DNA of 64,000 bases from a virus: IMG/VR virus record IMGVR_UViG_3300043424_000354, positions 32,001-96,000 of that record, one strand, 5' to 3'. The position numbers and the translations under genes are program-made. Below are positions 48,228 to 58,390 of this stretch, piece by piece. Below the pieces are notes generated by a model. That model was not told the DNA's origin. It did not search any database and was given only the letters and a program-made list of their open reading frames with translations. Position 1 is the first letter of the stretch. Each line of letters starts with the position of its first letter.

Positions 48228-49661
48228 TTAAAAGACCTTCACATTATACATGCCTTGAAACATCTTAGCGTCTTTCTCGTCATTAACCATCGGAAATCCT
48301 TTAATGTTCAGACTAGTATTGAGTAGCATCGGACAACCCGACCACAGATACCATTCGTTCAAGAGATTCCAAAGATCAGGATGCTGTTCTTTTGTTACAG
48401 TCTGGACGCGAGAAGTCCCGTCTGCATGAACAATAGCAGGAAACTGATCAGGATATTTACATCTTGAAGTATATTGCATATACGGGGATGATTCAACTGG
48501 CATGTCAAAATATTCGCTTGCATGCTCTGCCATGATGACAGGCGCGAATGGTCTAAATTTTTGCCTTCGTTTGATTGCATTTACTCTATCCTTAATATCA
48601 GATCTTGTGGGATCTGCGAGCAAACTCCGATTACCCAACGCTCTGGGACCAAACTCCGCAGGTCCATTAGCAACACCAACTATACCTGATTTTCGCAGTT
48701 CTGTCAATAGATTTCCAATAGGATATGGTCCAGGAATATTTTCGCCGAGATATGGACCCTTCCAGTTTAGTTTCCTGCGATTATTAGCAGCGATTGCACC
48801 AAGACTGCTTCCTGCGTCTCCTGGGTTTGGCATAATCCACAAATTTGGGAAGTATTCTATGGCAATAGAATTTGCGCTGCAGTTTAATGCACATCCACCC
48901 ATGATAACAAGGTTGCGCTGTTTCCAGTTTGTCAGGTTGCCTGTTCTTACAATCAAATCTCTGAAGAGAACTTCGTAAACCCACTGCGCAGATGCAGCAA
49001 TATCATAATGATCTTGCTCAGTATTAAGTTCTGGTTTCCACCACTGACAACCGCGATGTAGATTTTCTTCATTGTAAAGATTCAATAATTCAAGACCGTA
49101 TTTGTTTTTACCGTATGCCGCCATACCCATGAGGATATATTCGTCCTCGTTCGGTTTTAACCCAACACGCTGTGTCATTGCTGAATAAAAAAGACCGATG
49201 GACTTGGGATATTCCATCGACCAAACCTTCTTCATCTTCTCACCAGATGCATTCCATATAGTGGCAGTATCAAACTCACCAATCGCATCGATTACTAACA
49301 CAGCAGCATCATCGAACGGTGAAGTATAGAATCCTGCCGCAGCGTGAGATTCATGGTGATATGCAAACTCTACGGGGATACCTTCCAGACCGAAGTGCTT
49401 CAGATACTGGCGAACGCTGAAACGAACTAGACCTTGACCTGCTAGAAATCTGCGCATTCCTCGAAGTTTAGGTTTCTCATACCAGTGTATTACTTCTGGT
49501 TTACCAAACTCTAATGCTGCGTTGATCAGGTCAGCATTTAGATGCTTGTCGTTTTTGATTCCGCTGTAACGCTCTGCATGAGAGGCGAATAAAATTTCGT
49601 CACCCTCCACTACGGTAAGAGCAGCATCATGCGCTGCGGCAGAGATTCCCCATTCAATCAC
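48228..49661 (-). CDS. Carbamoyltransferase (NodU/CmcH family)
   Basis: GISAAAHDAA, HHESHAA, VIDAIGE, LMGMAAYG, GGCALN, PGDAG, EFGPRALGNRSLLADP, FRPFAP, LLNTSLN. Confidence 0.95.
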   Translation of the reverse strand: MIEWGISAAAHDAALTVVEGDEILFASHAERYSGIKNDKHLNADLINAALEFGKPEVIHWYEKPKLRGMRRFLAGQGLVRFSVRQYLKHFGLEGIPVEFAYHHESHAAAGFYTSPFDDAAVLVIDAIGEFDTATIWNASGEKMKKVWSMEYPKSIGLFYSAMTQRVGLKPNEDEYILMGMAAYGKNKYGLELLNLYNEENLHRGCQWWKPELNTEQDHYDIAASAQWVYEVLFRDLIVRTGNLTNWKQRNLVIMGGCALNCSANSIAIEYFPNLWIMPNPGDAGSSLGAIAANNRRKLNWKGPYLGENIPGPYPIGNLLTELRKSGIVGVANGPAEFGPRALGNRSLLADPTRSDIKDRVNAIKRRQKFRPFAPVIMAEHASEYFDMPVESSPYMQYTSRCKYPDQFPAIVHADGTSRVQTVTKEQHPDLWNLLNEWYLWSGCPMLLNTSLNIKGFPMVNDEKDAKMFQGMYNVKVF

Positions 49662-50986
49662 TTATATAACCATTCAAGTTCTGGAAAGGTTTTCATGAAA
49701 TCTGTATTTCGAACATTATCAAGTTTGGAATATTCTTCCATATGTTTTAAGTAATCTTCGCCGTCATAATCAAAGAAATCCATGTCTTTTTGATCAATTT
49801 TTCGCATTTCTTTGATTTTTTCTATTGAATTAATAATACTTTGTTTTTTATATGGATTAGAAGCATTCGGTATGACAGTATCCAAATACCATGTTTCAAA
49901 CTCCTCTAACGACCGAATAACATATTCCCAGTGTTGCTGTGGAATATTCATTACATTCAAATGCTTTGGTGTTCGTATTAGATTGGTAAACAAGAAATAT
50001 TCAAAGGTTGGATGATATTTGTTACTTTCCTGATATATACCTATAGAAAGAAATTCTTGAACCATTTCCTTTAATCTGTGCATATTTAAGGCACTCAATA
50101 CAGGTGCAATACACAATTTATGCGTAGGATTATGTTCAGTGTTTATTTCCTCGAAGCAATCATGAATTTTTTTGAGATTCTGTGAAACACTATCCCATTT
50201 TGCGGGCCACCGTATATAATTAAATCTATCCCCGACTTCATCGATACTCGCCATTATTAACACTGATTTAAACTGTTTCCAGTACTCTAGAACATCTTTA
50301 TCCTTATTCTTCAGCGTGCTACAATTTGTAGAATATACAAGATCAATTTCTTTTGCTCGATCTGCCTCTATAAGTTTATCAAGAGTATACCAGTGATATT
50401 TTGACAACATCGGTTCGCCTCCAGCAAAATAAATGTTATCAACGCTGTCCAAATTATCATCAATTAATTGATATGCTATCGTATCGTCAGTTGGTTCGAT
50501 AAATTTCGGAGAAGTTGGAGGTATATTTAATTTTTGCATGAGATCATACCAACTAGAACTCAACGCATGACCGCAAGTAATGCATGCTTGGTTACAATGA
50601 TTGGAGAATCTAAAATCAATATACTTCAATTTGTTCGTAGTCATTGATCCATCTTCAAGTAACTGACTCATGTAATAATCATAATTTGATTCGTATTGGG
50701 TGTTGCGCCACTTTCTTGAACTGGTATCGGAAAACTTTTCAGTGTCATAACAGAAAGAACATATTGGATTCTTTTCACCTGCTATCATTCTACGTCGAAA
50801 TTCTTTATACTCTTCGCCATTCCAAATTTCTTCCCACGAAGAAACCATGTTTATATTTCCAAGTGGCGGTTTTGTCATGTCCCCCACGCAACAAGGCATA
50901 ACATTTCCGTTAGGTGCCACGTATGTATGGAGCAATCCCAACATACAAAAAGAAGGATTTTCTTTGAGATTATAATCTTTAGTCAT
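49658..50986 (-). CDS. Radical SAM protein with N-terminal twitch/SPASM-like Cys domain (rSAM6)
   Basis: CNQACITC, FAGGEP, N-terminal FC..PCC..CSFC. Confidence 0.92.
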   Translation of the reverse strand: MTKDYNLKENPSFCMLGLLHTYVAPNGNVMPCCVGDMTKPPLGNINMVSSWEEIWNGEEYKEFRRRMIAGEKNPICSFCYDTEKFSDTSSRKWRNTQYESNYDYYMSQLLEDGSMTTNKLKYIDFRFSNHCNQACITCGHALSSSWYDLMQKLNIPPTSPKFIEPTDDTIAYQLIDDNLDSVDNIYFAGGEPMLSKYHWYTLDKLIEADRAKEIDLVYSTNCSTLKNKDKDVLEYWKQFKSVLIMASIDEVGDRFNYIRWPAKWDSVSQNLKKIHDCFEEINTEHNPTHKLCIAPVLSALNMHRLKEMVQEFLSIGIYQESNKYHPTFEYFLFTNLIRTPKHLNVMNIPQQHWEYVIRSLEEFETWYLDTVIPNASNPYKKQSIINSIEKIKEMRKIDQKDMDFFDYDGEDYLKHMEEYSKLDNVRNTDFMKTFPELEWLYK

Positions 50987-51083
50987 AGATAAATGGATCC
51001 AATTTTTTCAATTTCTCTAATCTCTTCTTTAATTTTCTTTTGCGAATTAATGCACGAAATAATTCTACTATCTTGTTAACCAT
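50979..51083 (-). CDS. Small basic peptide (34 aa) ending DPFIYD, not in ORF track
   Basis: MVNKIVELFRALIRKRKLKKRLEKLKKLDPFIYD; GGGAG Shine-Dalgarno; overlaps both neighbours. Confidence 0.75.
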   Translation of the reverse strand: MVNKIVELFRALIRKRKLKKRLEKLKKLDPFIYD

Positions 51084-51879
51084 CTATAACTCCCGTCGTG
51101 ATTAATTCATCAAACATATGATTGGCGAATTTCTTGTGAACATCGACAACTGGATGCCCCCATCCATGCGTATATTTCTCTATCTCCTCCACGACCACGA
51201 AATTAGAAAGAGAAACTTCCGGAGACAACAAATTATCAAACTTTACATTGTCCAACCAAGGTAATTTACTTTTATACCCGCTCAATACTAATCGAATTGA
51301 TTGTAACGATTGAACTGTCATGACAATTTTCAACCTATTACCCAAAGATTTTGACAGGTAGTCTAGATATTTTGCATGCTTGATGTATTCCCACATCAAA
51401 TTACAATCTGTTGCCCACGTGTCTAGTAATGCATCGTTCAACTTGGCACTGTGCGTCCATCGAGAATCTCCCACGAATTTGGTAATCATTATTCCGGAAT
51501 CGGAAACCCAAGAAAATCTTACTGGACAAGTTAAACCAACAAAAATAAGATCAGTTTCTACGATTTCATTGGAAACAATATCGCGTTCAATGTTGTAGAT
51601 AAACTCGTTTATACTAGTTCCCATTTTAGCGCGATTTGAACACGAGACCCCCAACCGCTCTGCGATATAATTAGGCCAAGCAAGTTGTGATGACAATAAT
51701 GTGCAACGAATTCGCGTTTCCTCATTCCCATAAACACCCTCGACGCAATGTATACCATGCTTGCGTTTGTAAGCATCAATTTCTTCATGCGGTTTGTTCA
51801 AGATAATAGCATCTGCCAGTTCTTGCCCAGCAGTGTAACTGCAACCATATGCAACTACTCTATTAATATTGAGTGCCAT
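51076..51879 (-). CDS. SGNH/GDSL-hydrolase-like protein
   Basis: AYGCSYTAG (block I), AWP, NRAKMGTS, C-terminal GHP...H. Confidence 0.7.
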   Translation of the reverse strand: MALNINRVVAYGCSYTAGQELADAIILNKPHEEIDAYKRKHGIHCVEGVYGNEETRIRCTLLSSQLAWPNYIAERLGVSCSNRAKMGTSINEFIYNIERDIVSNEIVETDLIFVGLTCPVRFSWVSDSGIMITKFVGDSRWTHSAKLNDALLDTWATDCNLMWEYIKHAKYLDYLSKSLGNRLKIVMTVQSLQSIRLVLSGYKSKLPWLDNVKFDNLLSPEVSLSNFVVVEEIEKYTHGWGHPVVDVHKKFANHMFDELITTGVIDG

Positions 51880-53009
51880 TCTGGAAAACTTTCGTTAAAA
51901 TGGTTGTTTCTATACTTATCATGCGAAGAAGTTACTCGCAGAAATTGATTAAATTCTTCTGAATCGGATATATTACTTCCTAACATATTAGTTATAACAT
52001 CAAGTTTATCCGAGTATGCAAGCAGACGATCGCGTACGAGTTCTTTTTTATTTTCTGGTATGTTAGTTATACTGAGATGCGTAGGAGTAAATAACATATT
52101 GTAGTATATACCAATATGCGGAAAATTTTCTCGCATAAATTGATCAAAATTAACTGTATCCCAAATATTATATAGACTTACGGTATAGCAAAAATCAACT
52201 GTTATATTATTGTTTTCCTGCATAAGATCTGAATACTTACGAATAACATCCAGTACAGTATCCCATTTTGCTGGATATCTCATATATTCGAATGCAGAAG
52301 CAATACCATCAATGGAAAGAGAAATATTCACTTTCTTAAATTGTTTTAGTATTGTTATTTGATCATCAGACGGATATATTGTTGAGTTGGTGTTAAAATG
52401 GAGTTCTTGCGTCTGCGCATTACCCTCGTTTACGGATTTGCCGAGTATTTCCCACGATCGTTTAATTAATAGAGGTTCTCCACCGTAAAAGTCTATGGTG
52501 CTCGCCTTAGGTATCCAATCAACAAGAGTATTCCACACATTAGTGTTGCTGTCATCATATATGTGCTGTATCTTTTTATATCTACTAAGAAAATCAGTTT
52601 TATTTTGCCAAGAAGCATTAATATCAAACCATTCGTTTACCCAAGAACTGCTGCTATCTGGATTACAAGTTCTACAACGCAAGTTACATGCATTGCCAAG
52701 TTTTAAATCCAATAATTGCGGAGTTTCCGCTGCCAACAGATCTCTATTATTTTCTCTCTGTCGTTTGCTTTCTCTACCATTTCTTTCTTCAATCCAGCAT
52801 ATATCACAAGTTGGATTTTCAATTCCTGCTTCTAAATCCCATAGAAGTTTCTTTCTAGAATCAGATTGCCAAATATCTTGTAAAGAATCTTTACTTAGAT
52901 TGTATTCCTCGCCTGCTTTATCGGCAAATGGTTTTGCTAAGCAACATGGTCTTACTCTACCGACAGTATCGATTTCTATACCACATAATGCCTGCAAACA
53001 GGTTTTCAT
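51855..53009 (-). CDS. Radical SAM protein with twitch-like domain (rSAM5)
   Basis: CNLRCRTC, FYGGEP, RPCC, CDICW, SIDG..FEYMRYP. Confidence 0.92.
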   Translation of the reverse strand: MKTCLQALCGIEIDTVGRVRPCCLAKPFADKAGEEYNLSKDSLQDIWQSDSRKKLLWDLEAGIENPTCDICWIEERNGRESKRQRENNRDLLAAETPQLLDLKLGNACNLRCRTCNPDSSSSWVNEWFDINASWQNKTDFLSRYKKIQHIYDDSNTNVWNTLVDWIPKASTIDFYGGEPLLIKRSWEILGKSVNEGNAQTQELHFNTNSTIYPSDDQITILKQFKKVNISLSIDGIASAFEYMRYPAKWDTVLDVIRKYSDLMQENNNITVDFCYTVSLYNIWDTVNFDQFMRENFPHIGIYYNMLFTPTHLSITNIPENKKELVRDRLLAYSDKLDVITNMLGSNISDSEEFNQFLRVTSSHDKYRNNHFNESFPEWHSILIE

Positions 53010-54208
53010 AATTGTTCGGCCCAAGGATGCGTCTCAAAAAGATTTTGTCCGCGAATACCGTCCAAAAGTTTCTGTTTTTCCACAAACTTTTTCTGCAACA
53101 CACTGTTAGTCAAATTAGATGTATTACTTTCAAGGTAATTGATTGTGTTTCTAATTTCATGACGATTGATTGTAATTTTTTCTTTAATGTTTTTTAGTTC
53201 TTGTAGATAGGAATAATAATAGGACTCCGGCATTACATCTGCTTGTAAGAAATCCGGACGGTTAACAGGAATAACACCCATAGAAAGACCAAGTTCTTCG
53301 CACCACAAGAATAAATCACGAAGCGAGTTATTAGACAAAGTGAGATTTTGCAAAGTCGGCGTCACACCGCATTCAATATTTTTGAATTCGGAAATTTCCG
53401 ACATCAGCAATTTCATATTTCCTTCGATGGTTGTCCATTTAGCAGGATTGCGGATATACTCATATTGTTTACCCATTCCGTCGATACTCACGTTCAACTG
53501 AACAAACTTAAACTTCTTCCACATATCAATGAATTTCTTACCCAAGAAAATACCATTTGTATTGTATACGAGTTTAATTTTTGAAGAACTACCCGTCTCA
53601 ATCAAGTAAGTCAGAAGTTCTTCATGCGCATCAATAATAAGAGGTTCCCCTCCGATCATATAGATTTCCTGCAGAGTATCTAGATGTGGAGTAACAACAT
53701 CACGCATATTGACGTTATCAACCCACTCAGAGGAATCATATCCCATCTCATAATATTCTCTAGACTCAGCATGAGTTTGAACTTCCTTGCCAATCAGAGA
53801 ACTACTAAACGGTGCGCACATTCTGCACCTGAGATTGCATTTTTTACCCAGATCAAATTCTATTCTGAAAATTCCCAGTGGTTGCTCATCTTTTATTTGC
53901 TCGTAGATATCTGAATATCTCTGATTAATTGACTGACGAAAACTCTGCATACCAGAATCTTCCATCTTCCAGCAGCGTCCACACAAAGGATGCCTTTTTC
54001 CTTCTAACATATATTCGCGCAATTCTTTGTGCGTGTGTGTATTCAGAAATCTGTCGACAGAATAATCTTCAAGTTGATTTATATTTGCCTTAACACCCTT
54101 CTCGCTTTCGATCTCAGCATAGATTGCATTACAGCAAGGTCGCAATCCTCCATTAGATCCGATACTCAACAACATCCAAGGATAGGCGCATACTGTGTTA
54201 TTTTCCAT
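53006..54208 (-). CDS. Radical SAM protein with twitch-like domain (rSAM4)
   Basis: CNLRCRMC, IGGEP, CAYPW..RPCC..CGRCW. Confidence 0.92.
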   Translation of the reverse strand: MENNTVCAYPWMLLSIGSNGGLRPCCNAIYAEIESEKGVKANINQLEDYSVDRFLNTHTHKELREYMLEGKRHPLCGRCWKMEDSGMQSFRQSINQRYSDIYEQIKDEQPLGIFRIEFDLGKKCNLRCRMCAPFSSSLIGKEVQTHAESREYYEMGYDSSEWVDNVNMRDVVTPHLDTLQEIYMIGGEPLIIDAHEELLTYLIETGSSSKIKLVYNTNGIFLGKKFIDMWKKFKFVQLNVSIDGMGKQYEYIRNPAKWTTIEGNMKLLMSEISEFKNIECGVTPTLQNLTLSNNSLRDLFLWCEELGLSMGVIPVNRPDFLQADVMPESYYYSYLQELKNIKEKITINRHEIRNTINYLESNTSNLTNSVLQKKFVEKQKLLDGIRGQNLFETHPWAEQL

Positions 54209-55478
54209 CGGATTGTTCTCGTTCTTTTTGTTTGATTATCCCACGACTTGTTGTTCCTAGTTCGCCCTGATCCAGATTGTTATATTCTTCACCACAACAA
54301 GCACTGCACTGATAACTTCTCATTTCATGTTCGCGGTTAAAACTCAACGGAAGATACCGTTGATACAAAGGCGAAGCAATGATTTCTTCGATTGAATTTT
54401 TATGAAGAGAAATAGATTCCATACCACCATTCAAATCGATCATTCTTACCGATGAATCGTTTGTATTCCAAGTATCTGAATTTGATCTCCACTGTTCCCC
54501 GCCAAGGAAACAGCACGGATACACATTACCTGCACCATCGACAAAGATTTCATTCAAATTTTGATACTTGGATTTTCTTGCTCTACAAACAATCCCTAAT
54601 GAGTTATGTTTGATTGAAGTATATTCCTTGCTCTCTGGATCGAAAACGTATATTTCCTTTTTAGATTTTGGATCCGGTGATAGTCTGTTAAACTCATCAT
54701 TTGTAATATACTGCGGAATTAATCCCTTTGCTGCACGTTTGAACTCTACCGAGTTTTCATTTTGATAGATAGGATTAGTTGGTTGCTGCAGAGTATGGGT
54801 GTGCTGATCATTATCATAAACATCGAAGTATCCCATACCGTCTTTGTATGAATGCCACCTTGTTGTCTTCTTGATATTAAAGAATGTAAATCCCAATTCC
54901 TCTGCAATCTTTCTTGCTTCTTCTACCTGATGTTCATTGTGCTTGAATACAATATAATCCCATCGCGCCTTACCGCCAGCAGAGGTAAATGCTTTCATGT
55001 TTTCGTAAATCTTATCGAAATTAGTATTTCTTCTATAGAGATGGTTTGTATCCCACAATCCGTCTACTGAAAAGATGACATAATCCTGTCGTGTTCCATC
55101 CGGACCGCCATTCATAACGGTTGCCAATTCTTCCCACCAAGACTTAGATCTGGCGCTCCCATTAGTATGAATAACCAACCCAACGCGATCATTACACGAT
55201 CTAATATATTTGTAAATTTCTAACGTGTCTTTTGCAGCGACTGGATCGCCGTAGTTACCGCATGCATAAATTCTTCGCATTTGCGAAAGGAATTCCGGAG
55301 AGAACCAAGTTTTGAACTGTTCTAGAGTGATTTCCGTCATTGGTAAAATAGGATTCAGCATATTTCCGTGACTTATATAACGCGGACACATTGGGCATGC
55401 AGCATTACATCTAGTCGTCAGTTCTAAATGCATACCAGTAAGTTCGCGATGAGATGCGTATAACGGTTCAACCATCAT
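54198..55478 (-). CDS. Radical SAM protein with C-terminal SPASM/twitch domain (rSAM3)
   Basis: CNAACPMC, CGNYGDP, FSVDG, FKHNEHQ, C-terminal VYPCC..CSACC. Confidence 0.92.
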   Translation of the reverse strand: MMVEPLYASHRELTGMHLELTTRCNAACPMCPRYISHGNMLNPILPMTEITLEQFKTWFSPEFLSQMRRIYACGNYGDPVAAKDTLEIYKYIRSCNDRVGLVIHTNGSARSKSWWEELATVMNGGPDGTRQDYVIFSVDGLWDTNHLYRRNTNFDKIYENMKAFTSAGGKARWDYIVFKHNEHQVEEARKIAEELGFTFFNIKKTTRWHSYKDGMGYFDVYDNDQHTHTLQQPTNPIYQNENSVEFKRAAKGLIPQYITNDEFNRLSPDPKSKKEIYVFDPESKEYTSIKHNSLGIVCRARKSKYQNLNEIFVDGAGNVYPCCFLGGEQWRSNSDTWNTNDSSVRMIDLNGGMESISLHKNSIEEIIASPLYQRYLPLSFNREHEMRSYQCSACCGEEYNNLDQGELGTTSRGIIKQKEREQSDGK

Positions 55479-56877
55479 TTAATTCCTTGCACATGTAATA
55501 AAAATTCTCGTATGCTGGGAACAATTCCAACAGACCAAGACCAACAGTTCTCTTATCGTATTCAGTAAAGAATTTATAAAAATCCTTTCTACCGTTTTCA
55601 ATCAATTTTTCATCAATGCGAGGACCGCCTTGGTAAAAGTAATTCCGAACACGCTTCATCTTTTCGAACTCTTGTTCCTGAAATCCATGCACTAATCCTG
55701 GTGCAGAGATATTATCCTGAATGAACAGAAGATCCGAATCAATATACTTTCCGAACTCTTCCTTTGGTAGAAGATTGATCATCCAGTGAGGAGGTTCTTT
55801 CAGATATGGAGTGTCAAACATAATACGATTTTCATAAGGGTTGACATTCCACTTCTTACGAAGTTCTAGAATCTTTTCTAAGAATGGGCGGAAAGAAGCA
55901 ACACACAGAATATTATAAGTGCACATAATACTAATTGAAACATTAGGAACAGTTTCTAGAAATGTTTCAACATTCTTCAACCAAAGATCCTGATTCAATC
56001 CTCGACGCATATACTCTGCTTGCGGACCCCACGCTTCAAGAGAAGTATAGAGTTTAAAGTCCTTGATCTTTTTCTTTTCTAAAAGATTTTTGGCAGAATC
56101 CGATAGACGTTGAACTCGATTATTACTAACACCAAGATTACTGTTGATATTCAATTCTAAATGTTTCGTATCATCACCTTCTTCCAACATCTTCATGAGT
56201 TTCATGGTGTTGGGATTGATCATCGCTTCACCACCCGTAAGACGAAGAACGCGAAGATCTTTCTTTAGATCAGGCCACCACTTCCAGAATGCATCGACGT
56301 ATGGATTTTCTTCGTCGTCGCGGTAAACCTTTGTATTCTTCAGGTAATCAATTCCGTATTGATTGTAACTGATGTCATAGTTACCATGTTCGCGAATTTC
56401 CTGTTCCCATAGAGATGATGCTTGCGGGCAACAATAACCGCATTTGAAGTTGCAACCATTACCGAAACTTACTTCTAAGAAATATGGATTATAATCCTGA
56501 TCCCAAGGAAGGTTTTTTACCCTTTCGGTTTCTTCCTTTGCATCAATCCAAGTACTCGCATTATGAAACATTCTATCGCTGAAGTGTTCTCCGGGAAGAT
56601 TTTCCACGTTCCAGCAGTAATAACATTCTTCTGGTCGACCGCCCTCGAGCATGATCTTGCGTTGCTGCTTTTTCCACTTTGTATTGTGAAGAGCAGAAGG
56701 GTTCTCTGCAATTTCTTCAAGAGGAATGCGTTGTGGTCGAGGGTGGTAACAACTATGATTGTCACCCATATGCAAATATAGAGTTTCGTGCCTCCATTTC
56801 TGCAGACAGAAACCGTTTCCGACTGTATTAAGAGTATCGCGTACTTCGCGAACTCTGTCTAGATAACTATTGCTCAT
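55468..56877 (-). CDS. Radical SAM protein (rSAM2)
   Basis: FCLQKW, HSCYHP, ECYYCW, CNFKCGYC, TGGEA. Confidence 0.92.
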   Translation of the reverse strand: MSNSYLDRVREVRDTLNTVGNGFCLQKWRHETLYLHMGDNHSCYHPRPQRIPLEEIAENPSALHNTKWKKQQRKIMLEGGRPEECYYCWNVENLPGEHFSDRMFHNASTWIDAKEETERVKNLPWDQDYNPYFLEVSFGNGCNFKCGYCCPQASSLWEQEIREHGNYDISYNQYGIDYLKNTKVYRDDEENPYVDAFWKWWPDLKKDLRVLRLTGGEAMINPNTMKLMKMLEEGDDTKHLELNINSNLGVSNNRVQRLSDSAKNLLEKKKIKDFKLYTSLEAWGPQAEYMRRGLNQDLWLKNVETFLETVPNVSISIMCTYNILCVASFRPFLEKILELRKKWNVNPYENRIMFDTPYLKEPPHWMINLLPKEEFGKYIDSDLLFIQDNISAPGLVHGFQEQEFEKMKRVRNYFYQGGPRIDEKLIENGRKDFYKFFTEYDKRTVGLGLLELFPAYENFYYMCKELNDG

Positions 56878-58390
56878 TTTTGCATCTCTCATAAAAATTA
56901 ATTAATTCAGGAAACGTTTGTTTAAAATTCGTGTCTCTGCGTCTATCTAACTCGTCAACGTATTGAGAAAAGCGAATCATATCCACATACAATTCTTCTG
57001 GTTTTTGCCCTGCTCGCATTATATCTAGGTCGCGCTGAACCTTGTCAATTTCATACTGCCTGAAACCAGTAAAGCACAGAGCAGCAGGATAAACATTGTC
57101 AGAGGTATCGAGATTATCTCTCATAAACTGCAGGCAATCCTCCATAACATCAATCATCTCAGTTCCAGCAAGCATCTTGATATTCAACCATGTTGGTGTG
57201 TGTAAAATGGGAATATCAAACCAAATTCGTTGACGCTTCTTACGAACTATAGAGGGATGCCCTTCTATCCCCATCATCTTTTCTGGTTGCGCGTCAGAAC
57301 CGAACTCTTGGCGCAATTTTAAAATCCACTGTAAAAATTGTTTTAGGTTCGGGACGCTCAAGATATTAAAGGTGTTAATAAATGTAACATTGGTACCGTC
57401 GGTGGATCTCAAGAATTCTCTGACATTTGCATCCAAACGTTGAAAATTCATACCTGTTCGAATGTATTCTGCTTGTTCTCCATAAGAATCGCAAGATACG
57501 AACAATGAGAAATGTTTGATCGCGGGAGCAACATACGAATGATTGCCGCTGTCGTAGTTGAATTTGTCAGGATCTTCCCAGATTCTAACCTGTTCTAATT
57601 TCTGAACTGAAGAAACAAACTTGTCAAACAATTCTTGCTTTGGTGGGCACAGATTACTAGTAATACTCAACTCAAGATCAGCATTGGGATGCTTGTCTAC
57701 ATAATCAAGAACCTTGAACGTGTTATTATCCATTAAAGGTTCTCCGCCAGTCATGCGGAAAATTTTAAGGTTCTTATAGAGTTCGGGCCACCATTTCCAG
57801 AATGCTTCGACGTAGGGATTTTCTTTTTGAGAAACTTTCTTTGGCATCAATCCATATGAAGTCAATGCACCAAGATCATTGTGCGCTGCTTGCTTTAAAA
57901 TATATGGACCAAACTTCTCTGCTTCTTCGTGCCAAGCAGTACTAAGATGAGGACTGCAGTAGATGCATTTAAAGTTACACGCCTGATTGAAGTTTACTTC
58001 CACGTATGCGGGAGTAATTTGATCATCGATGTCTTTGTTAAATGCAATCTTCTCAAAATCAATAGAGTTCCACCATTCGCTGCTGCGATAGTGTCGATCA
58101 CTAGTATGCCCTGCGTCCTCGATACGCCAACAATACGAACATCCCTTTGGTCGTTCGCCCCTGCGCATCATAGCACGTTCTTCGATTTTTTGTGGAGTGT
58201 TGTGAAGTAATCCAGGATTTTCTGCTAACCCATCAACAGGAATGTCATGCGCGGGCGGGTGATAGCAACTATGCGTCTTACCATTAGTAAGGTGCATACT
58301 TACCATATTCCATTTTGCTAGGCAGAAAGTTGGACTTATGTCATCAAGTTTTCTTTTTGTCTCTTGCGCAGAATCACTATAATCCGTCAT
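56867..58390 (-). CDS. Radical SAM protein (rSAM1), paralog of rSAM2
   Basis: FCLAKW, HSCYHP, GCSYCW, CNFKCIYC, TGGEP, NPYVEAFWKWWP. Confidence 0.92.
   Translation of the reverse strand: MTDYSDSAQETKRKLDDISPTFCLAKWNMVSMHLTNGKTHSCYHPPAHDIPVDGLAENPGLLHNTPQKIEERAMMRRGERPKGCSYCWRIEDAGHTSDRHYRSSEWWNSIDFEKIAFNKDIDDQITPAYVEVNFNQACNFKCIYCSPHLSTAWHEEAEKFGPYILKQAAHNDLGALTSYGLMPKKVSQKENPYVEAFWKWWPELYKNLKIFRMTGGEPLMDNNTFKVLDYVDKHPNADLELSITSNLCPPKQELFDKFVSSVQKLEQVRIWEDPDKFNYDSGNHSYVAPAIKHFSLFVSCDSYGEQAEYIRTGMNFQRLDANVREFLRSTDGTNVTFINTFNILSVPNLKQFLQWILKLRQEFGSDAQPEKMMGIEGHPSIVRKKRQRIWFDIPILHTPTWLNIKMLAGTEMIDVMEDCLQFMRDNLDTSDNVYPAALCFTGFRQYEIDKVQRDLDIMRAGQKPEELYVDMIRFSQYVDELDRRRDTNFKQTFPELINFYERCKNEQ

Noticed and set aside
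52495-53109. 204-aa plus-strand ORF and other long antisense ORFs (e.g. 4180..4722, 15843..16382, 48502..48978)
   Set aside because: Shadow frames of well-supported opposite-strand genes, with no motifs of their own.
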